64,000 nt of DNA, from positions 32,143 to 96,142 of the forward strand of contig CAMBXL010000008.1 of NCBI GenBank assembly GCA_945871905.1. The letters run 5' to 3'. Source of the stretch: Chitinophaga pinensis (lineage in GTDB: Bacteria; Bacteroidota; Bacteroidia; NS11-12g; UBA955). The translations under genes were made by a program, and so were the position numbers. Positions within the stretch are counted from its first letter, which is position 1, and each line of letters starts with the position of its first letter. The notes under the pieces were generated by a model. The model searched no databases. It had not been told where the DNA came from and saw nothing but the letters and a program-made list of their open reading frames with translations. Below, one piece after another: positions 59,978 through 64,000 of the stretch.

Positions 59978-60760
59978 ATGAACTCATACATATTAATTAC
60001 AGGCGCATCCACAGGAATAGGCGCAGAAATGGCCAAACAATTGGCAGAGAAAAAATACAATTTGATTTTGGTTGCTCGAAGTGAAGATAAACTTGAACAA
60101 CTTAAAACAGAACTAATCAGTAAATACCAAATAGAAGCCGTTGTTATACCCTCAGATTTGTCACAAATAAACGGGGCACAGCAACTTTACAATGAATTAA
60201 AATCGCGCCAATTAAATGTAACACATTTGGTTAATAATGCTGGTTTTGGCGAATATGGTCATTTTGTTGAAACCTCCTTGGAACTTGAATTAAATATGAT
60301 ACAAGTTAATGTTACAAGTTTAGTTGTACTTACCAAATTGTTTGCACAAGACATGGTAAAAAATGGGGCAGGTAGAATTATGAATGTTGCCTCTATAGTG
60401 TCTTTTATTCCTCTGCCTTATTATGCCATTTATTCTTCAACAAAAACTTTTGTTTTGGCATTTTCGGAAACTATAGCGGCAGAATTGGAAGGAACAGGTG
60501 TCGTTGTTACTACACTTTGTCCTGGCGCGGTTGAAACCCCCTTTCACACTCCCCAAATGCGCCAAACTATGGCGATGAAACTGAATCAACCTATCTCTGT
60601 TCAAGCATTGGTTAGGGAAGGGGTTCAATTGCTTTTGACTGGTAAAGGGAAAAAAGTAGTCGGTTTTATCAATTGGTTAAGCTCCAACTTGCCAAGAATA
60701 CTGCCCGATGTGTTGATGATGAAAATAAAAAAACAAATAGCTAGTCCTTATAAAAAATGA
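59978..60760 (+). CDS. Short-chain dehydrogenase/reductase
   Basis: ITGASTGIG, LVNNAGFG, YSSTK (YxxxK), CPG. Confidence 0.92.
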   Translation: MNSYILITGASTGIGAEMAKQLAEKKYNLILVARSEDKLEQLKTELISKYQIEAVVIPSDLSQINGAQQLYNELKSRQLNVTHLVNNAGFGEYGHFVETSLELELNMIQVNVTSLVVLTKLFAQDMVKNGAGRIMNVASIVSFIPLPYYAIYSSTKTFVLAFSETIAAELEGTGVVVTTLCPGAVETPFHTPQMRQTMAMKLNQPISVQALVREGVQLLLTGKGKKVVGFINWLSSNLPRILPDVLMMKIKKQIASPYKK

Positions 60761-61560
60761 TTTTAATTTCCTTTATCTCTCAATTAAAAGCCAGAAATGA
60801 GTTTCTTTTTTATTATGGAATTCTCTGTTTTGTAGCGGCTCTCTTTTTCTTGATTATGAGTAAAGTTTCGCCGGTCCAATACAATCATGTCAGCGCTTGG
60901 TATAAACCCTTTAAGTTTGCCTTTTCTACTTTTACTTTTGTTTGGGCTATGGCTTGGTATTGTTATTATTTGCCAGATTTTAATGTTCCATTGTTCAATT
61001 GGTCCATTTCTCTTTTGCTTGGTTTTGAAATTGTCTATATTGCCATAATGGCTTCTCAGGGAAAGGCATCGCACTACAATGTGAGCTCTTCATTTTTTTC
61101 AATCATGTATTCAATGATGGCTTTGGCAGCCACTCTTGTTACGCTATACACCGCTTATGTTGGACTCTTGTTTTTTACAAATTCTTTTCCCGAATTACCT
61201 CACTATTATTTGTGGTCTATCCGATTAGGGATTCTAATATTTGTGGTTTTTTCTTTCGAAGGTTTTTTAATGGGTAGCAGAATGAATCATTCGGTCGGTT
61301 TATTGAATGACAATTCCACAATGTTTATTTTAGGGTGGAGTAAAAAAGTGGGCGATTTGCGAATAGCGCATTTCATTGGAATGCACGCATTACAAGTTTT
61401 GCCAATTCTCTCTTTTTATATCCTCAAAAATACAAAACTAACTTGGTTTTTTGCATTCTTATATGTCTGTTTAGCTTTGTTTGTGTTAATACAAGCCCTT
61501 AATGGAAAACCATTGATGTCTTCAAAATCTCCTGATAACAAGGTTCATATAGACCAATAA
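60757..61560 (+). CDS. Conserved hypothetical polytopic membrane protein
   Basis: WYKPFKF, Q..ASHYN, GWS...GDLRIAHFIGMHALQ.LP; about 7 TM segments. Confidence 0.65.
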   Translation: MILISFISQLKARNEFLFYYGILCFVAALFFLIMSKVSPVQYNHVSAWYKPFKFAFSTFTFVWAMAWYCYYLPDFNVPLFNWSISLLLGFEIVYIAIMASQGKASHYNVSSSFFSIMYSMMALAATLVTLYTAYVGLLFFTNSFPELPHYYLWSIRLGILIFVVFSFEGFLMGSRMNHSVGLLNDNSTMFILGWSKKVGDLRIAHFIGMHALQVLPILSFYILKNTKLTWFFAFLYVCLALFVLIQALNGKPLMSSKSPDNKVHIDQ

Positions 61561-61588
61561 TGTTTAATCTATTGGATAAATAGCGTTT

Positions 61589-63193
61589 TTACGGTTCGAT
61601 ACTGATTTTTTGAGTAATTTTTTCTGACTCAGTTTCAATGGTTAGTAGGTAAGTTCCCCCTTTGTCTAAGTTTTTGAATTTACGCTGAAATGTATTTTCT
61701 CCAATAACAACATCATTCAATTTTTTCTCTTCAATTTTCTTGCCTTCTGTATTGTAAAGCGTGATTTTTACTTTACTCAATTGGGTTAAATTAAACGTAA
61801 CTACAAAATTACCATTATTAGGATTGGGTGATACCTGAAGTTTTAGCGTGCTGGTACTTTGTTTATTCAACTGATGTAAATGACTTGTTTTGTCTTTGCT
61901 CACATACACTTTAAATATTTGACTGCTAGCGCTACTATGAGTGCCATTATTGGTGAAAAATATATTGGCACCTGTGCTACTGATGCCGCCATAAATATAG
62001 CCAACAAGTGTACTATCATCACTTAACTCGTCTAATTTAATGACTTCATTTTGGTATATAGAAACATTGGGTACTATAATAAATTCCGCGCCTGCGCCTA
62101 ACAAACTTGGCATTTCTACCATAAGTTTATATTCCGACATTATTCCTTTAGAATCTCTTGTAACTCTAGCTATTGTTTTTACAAAAGGAACATTGTTGTC
62201 TTGAATTAAAACCCCCATACTATCGTAATATTGAGCAATGCCTCCAAAAAAAACATTGTGCATTTCGTTTTTAGAAGCCGAATACATTGGCAAAACCGCA
62301 CAGTGGTATTGGTTGTAATATTGCTGAAAGTTATTGTTAACCACATAACCAACGCTGTCAATGTTTACGCAATTTAAGTAGGGTAGGTCTGCCCCCACTT
62401 GAAAGACACCCGAAAAAGCAGTGATTCCCTCTGTGCCATCCGTAAGGATTTGCGGAACTGCATTGTAGTCGCGGCGGTGCAAATTGTTGGCATCTGTAAT
62501 AGTTGGTAAATGGCTAACAGAGATGGTCGTTCCATTGTCGCTAATATTAAATTTGCGAGTGGCATTGGTATAAACTTGTGTAAAAGTTGGATTGCCCATG
62601 GGATTGTAGTTGCCATCAAATTTGTTGCCACCAATCAAATAATAAGTATTGTTTATTTTCTTTAAATGACCGCCAGTAACCGCGAATTCTGGGTCGCTTA
62701 TTTGTCTTATAAGTCCACTAATCGAATTGCCTGTGATGACTGCATTTATTAGTTCTTCAACCTTTAAAGCACTTAATTTATCAAAGGTTTTTCTTGAACT
62801 TGTTGCATTGTTAAAACCATAGCCGCCAATGAGATATAATATATTGCCATTTTGATGAAACTCCATATTTGTAGAGCTCAATTGTTCTTGAATGTCGACC
62901 GAAAGAGAACTCAATGGAGCCGTCCATTTTTGTTTTGAAACGGGGTCAACAACGATAATCTGATTGTTGTTACCTGCTACATCAAAAGCTGCAAATGGCT
63001 GCCTACGGTGTAATCCGTCTAATCGCCCACCAACTATGAGCCATTTGCCATTGTGTTGTGCAAAAGCAAAAGATTGAAGGCCTCCCAAACCATCAATATT
63101 CATAGGAACGATGGATATATTAAAAGGCGCCGTTTGTGAATGGAGTGCGATGCTGAGTAAAAATACGAAAAGAGTAAGTAGTTGTTTTTTCAT
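61589..63193 (-). CDS. T9SS type-A cargo protein with kelch-like repeats
   Basis: Signal peptide; GG dipeptide repeats (IVGG, LIGG, VTGG, FFGG, IYGG); C-terminal SPNPNNGNF...LYNTEGK...GTYLL.I sorting domain. Confidence 0.8.
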   Translation of the reverse strand: MKKQLLTLFVFLLSIALHSQTAPFNISIVPMNIDGLGGLQSFAFAQHNGKWLIVGGRLDGLHRRQPFAAFDVAGNNNQIIVVDPVSKQKWTAPLSSLSVDIQEQLSSTNMEFHQNGNILYLIGGYGFNNATSSRKTFDKLSALKVEELINAVITGNSISGLIRQISDPEFAVTGGHLKKINNTYYLIGGNKFDGNYNPMGNPTFTQVYTNATRKFNISDNGTTISVSHLPTITDANNLHRRDYNAVPQILTDGTEGITAFSGVFQVGADLPYLNCVNIDSVGYVVNNNFQQYYNQYHCAVLPMYSASKNEMHNVFFGGIAQYYDSMGVLIQDNNVPFVKTIARVTRDSKGIMSEYKLMVEMPSLLGAGAEFIIVPNVSIYQNEVIKLDELSDDSTLVGYIYGGISSTGANIFFTNNGTHSSASSQIFKVYVSKDKTSHLHQLNKQSTSTLKLQVSPNPNNGNFVVTFNLTQLSKVKITLYNTEGKKIEEKKLNDVVIGENTFQRKFKNLDKGGTYLLTIETESEKITQKISIEP

Positions 63194-63237
63194 TTTAAGC
63201 AATTATTTTAAACAAAATTAAAATAAATAAACAGATA

Positions 63238-63261
63238 CTTATGTAGCATTTGTTACATAAG
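63238..63261. promoter_or_regulatory. Dyad-symmetry site CTTATGTA-N8-TACATAAG (operator or terminator)
   Basis: Perfect 8-bp inverted repeat upstream of a TAATTTTG element (63213-63220, minus strand). Confidence 0.45.
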
Positions 63262-63277
63262 GTTTTTTGAATGAAAC

Positions 63278-64000
63278 TTACTCTTCACCCATGTTTTTAA
63301 GTTGCATGAGTAATGTATAGGATCCTTTCGTTACAAAAATATCATCGGCTGTATTGGCTGAATTAGGAATACTAATTTGGGTTAGTCCATTGTCGCTTGT
63401 TCCTGAAATAATTTCTATCATTTTGAAAGTAGTAGGATTTTGCTGTATAAATACATATTCCTTACTTTCATTTTTGACAATAGCCTCATTAGGAATGGCA
63501 TACTCTAGTGATGATGCCACATCAATTTCTGCATTCATATACATCCCCGGAATTAAAGTTTGGTCTTTCGTATTGAATGTGCAATAAACAGTTAATGACC
63601 TGTCTGCTGAAATGTCCTTGCCTATTGTTTGGATTTTTCCTTTGAATTTCTCTTGACTAGATTGGTTTGAATATGCAATGATATCTTGTCCAATTTTGAG
63701 CTTATTAATGTCTTTTTCAAACACTGTTAATGACAAATACAAGTCACTAGGATTGGTAAGTTCAAATAGCACTTCGGTTGGGCTCACATATCTTCCTATT
63801 GTTGTTTTTACCGATCTTACAAATCCGTTAATAGGAGAGTAGATTTTGATATTGCGGGAAAGATTCGTTTCATTGAGTTGATCAGGATTGATTTGAATCA
63901 ATTTAAGTTTCTCGGACAAGGACTTTATCAGTATTTTTTGACTTAAATAAGTTGCTTCAGCATTTTCGAAGATTTTGTCGCTTGTCGCTTTGTTGGTGTT
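63278..64000 (-). CDS. RND efflux periplasmic adaptor (CzcB/CusB-like), 5'-truncated by window edge
   Basis: Frame is open to base 64000 (NTNKATSDKIFENAE...). IYSPINGFV, GRYVSP..VLFEL, L.PGMYMNAEI, VTKGSY.LL. Confidence 0.88.
   Translation of the reverse strand, partial: NTNKATSDKIFENAEATYLSQKILIKSLSEKLKLIQINPDQLNETNLSRNIKIYSPINGFVRSVKTTIGRYVSPTEVLFELTNPSDLYLSLTVFEKDINKLKIGQDIIAYSNQSSQEKFKGKIQTIGKDISADRSLTVYCTFNTKDQTLIPGMYMNAEIDVASSLEYAIPNEAIVKNESKEYVFIQQNPTTFKMIEIISGTSDNGLTQISIPNSANTADDIFVTKGSYTLLMQLKNMGEE

Noticed and set aside
414-63587. Numerous 60-150 aa ORFs antisense to or nested in long genes (e.g. 11670-12011, 13865-14314, 29302-29634, 45246-45662)
   Set aside because: Shadow frames of well-supported genes, with no motifs or independent expression signals
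1-64000. tRNA, rRNA, IS, prophage or defence-system genes
   Set aside because: No T-loop/cloverleaf, rRNA-like segment, transposase, integrase, phage structural or restriction/Abi motifs recognised by eye. tRNAscan-SE, ISEScan and DefenseFinder would confirm.

Overview
AT-rich chromosomal window from a Bacteroidota bacterium. Evidence for the lineage: TAnnTTTG promoter elements, T9SS sorting domains and BtuG-like lipoproteins. About 60 CDSs, mostly housekeeping: rfaE2, pyrC, pbpC, rbfA, menD-menB, gatB, trxB, a complete nqrABCDEF operon, an M16 peptidase, a GH3/beta-lactamase fusion, recQ, kdsD and manC. A cobalamin riboswitch precedes a btuB-btuG-btuF-like uptake cluster, followed by an MBOAT/SGNH pair. 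An accessory-looking run of small co-directional genes lies at 15.7-22.5 kb. I recognised no tRNA, rRNA, CRISPR array, integrase or transposase. The most unusual segment is the ~1.15-kb non-coding gap (38946-40088) between two convergent genes. It holds two different structured elements, each present as an inverted pair with compensatory base changes and nested symmetrically (X> Y> hairpin <Y <X), plus 8-mer-periodic direct repeats and a stack of REP-like palindromes. No cognate mobilising enzyme is encoded in the window.
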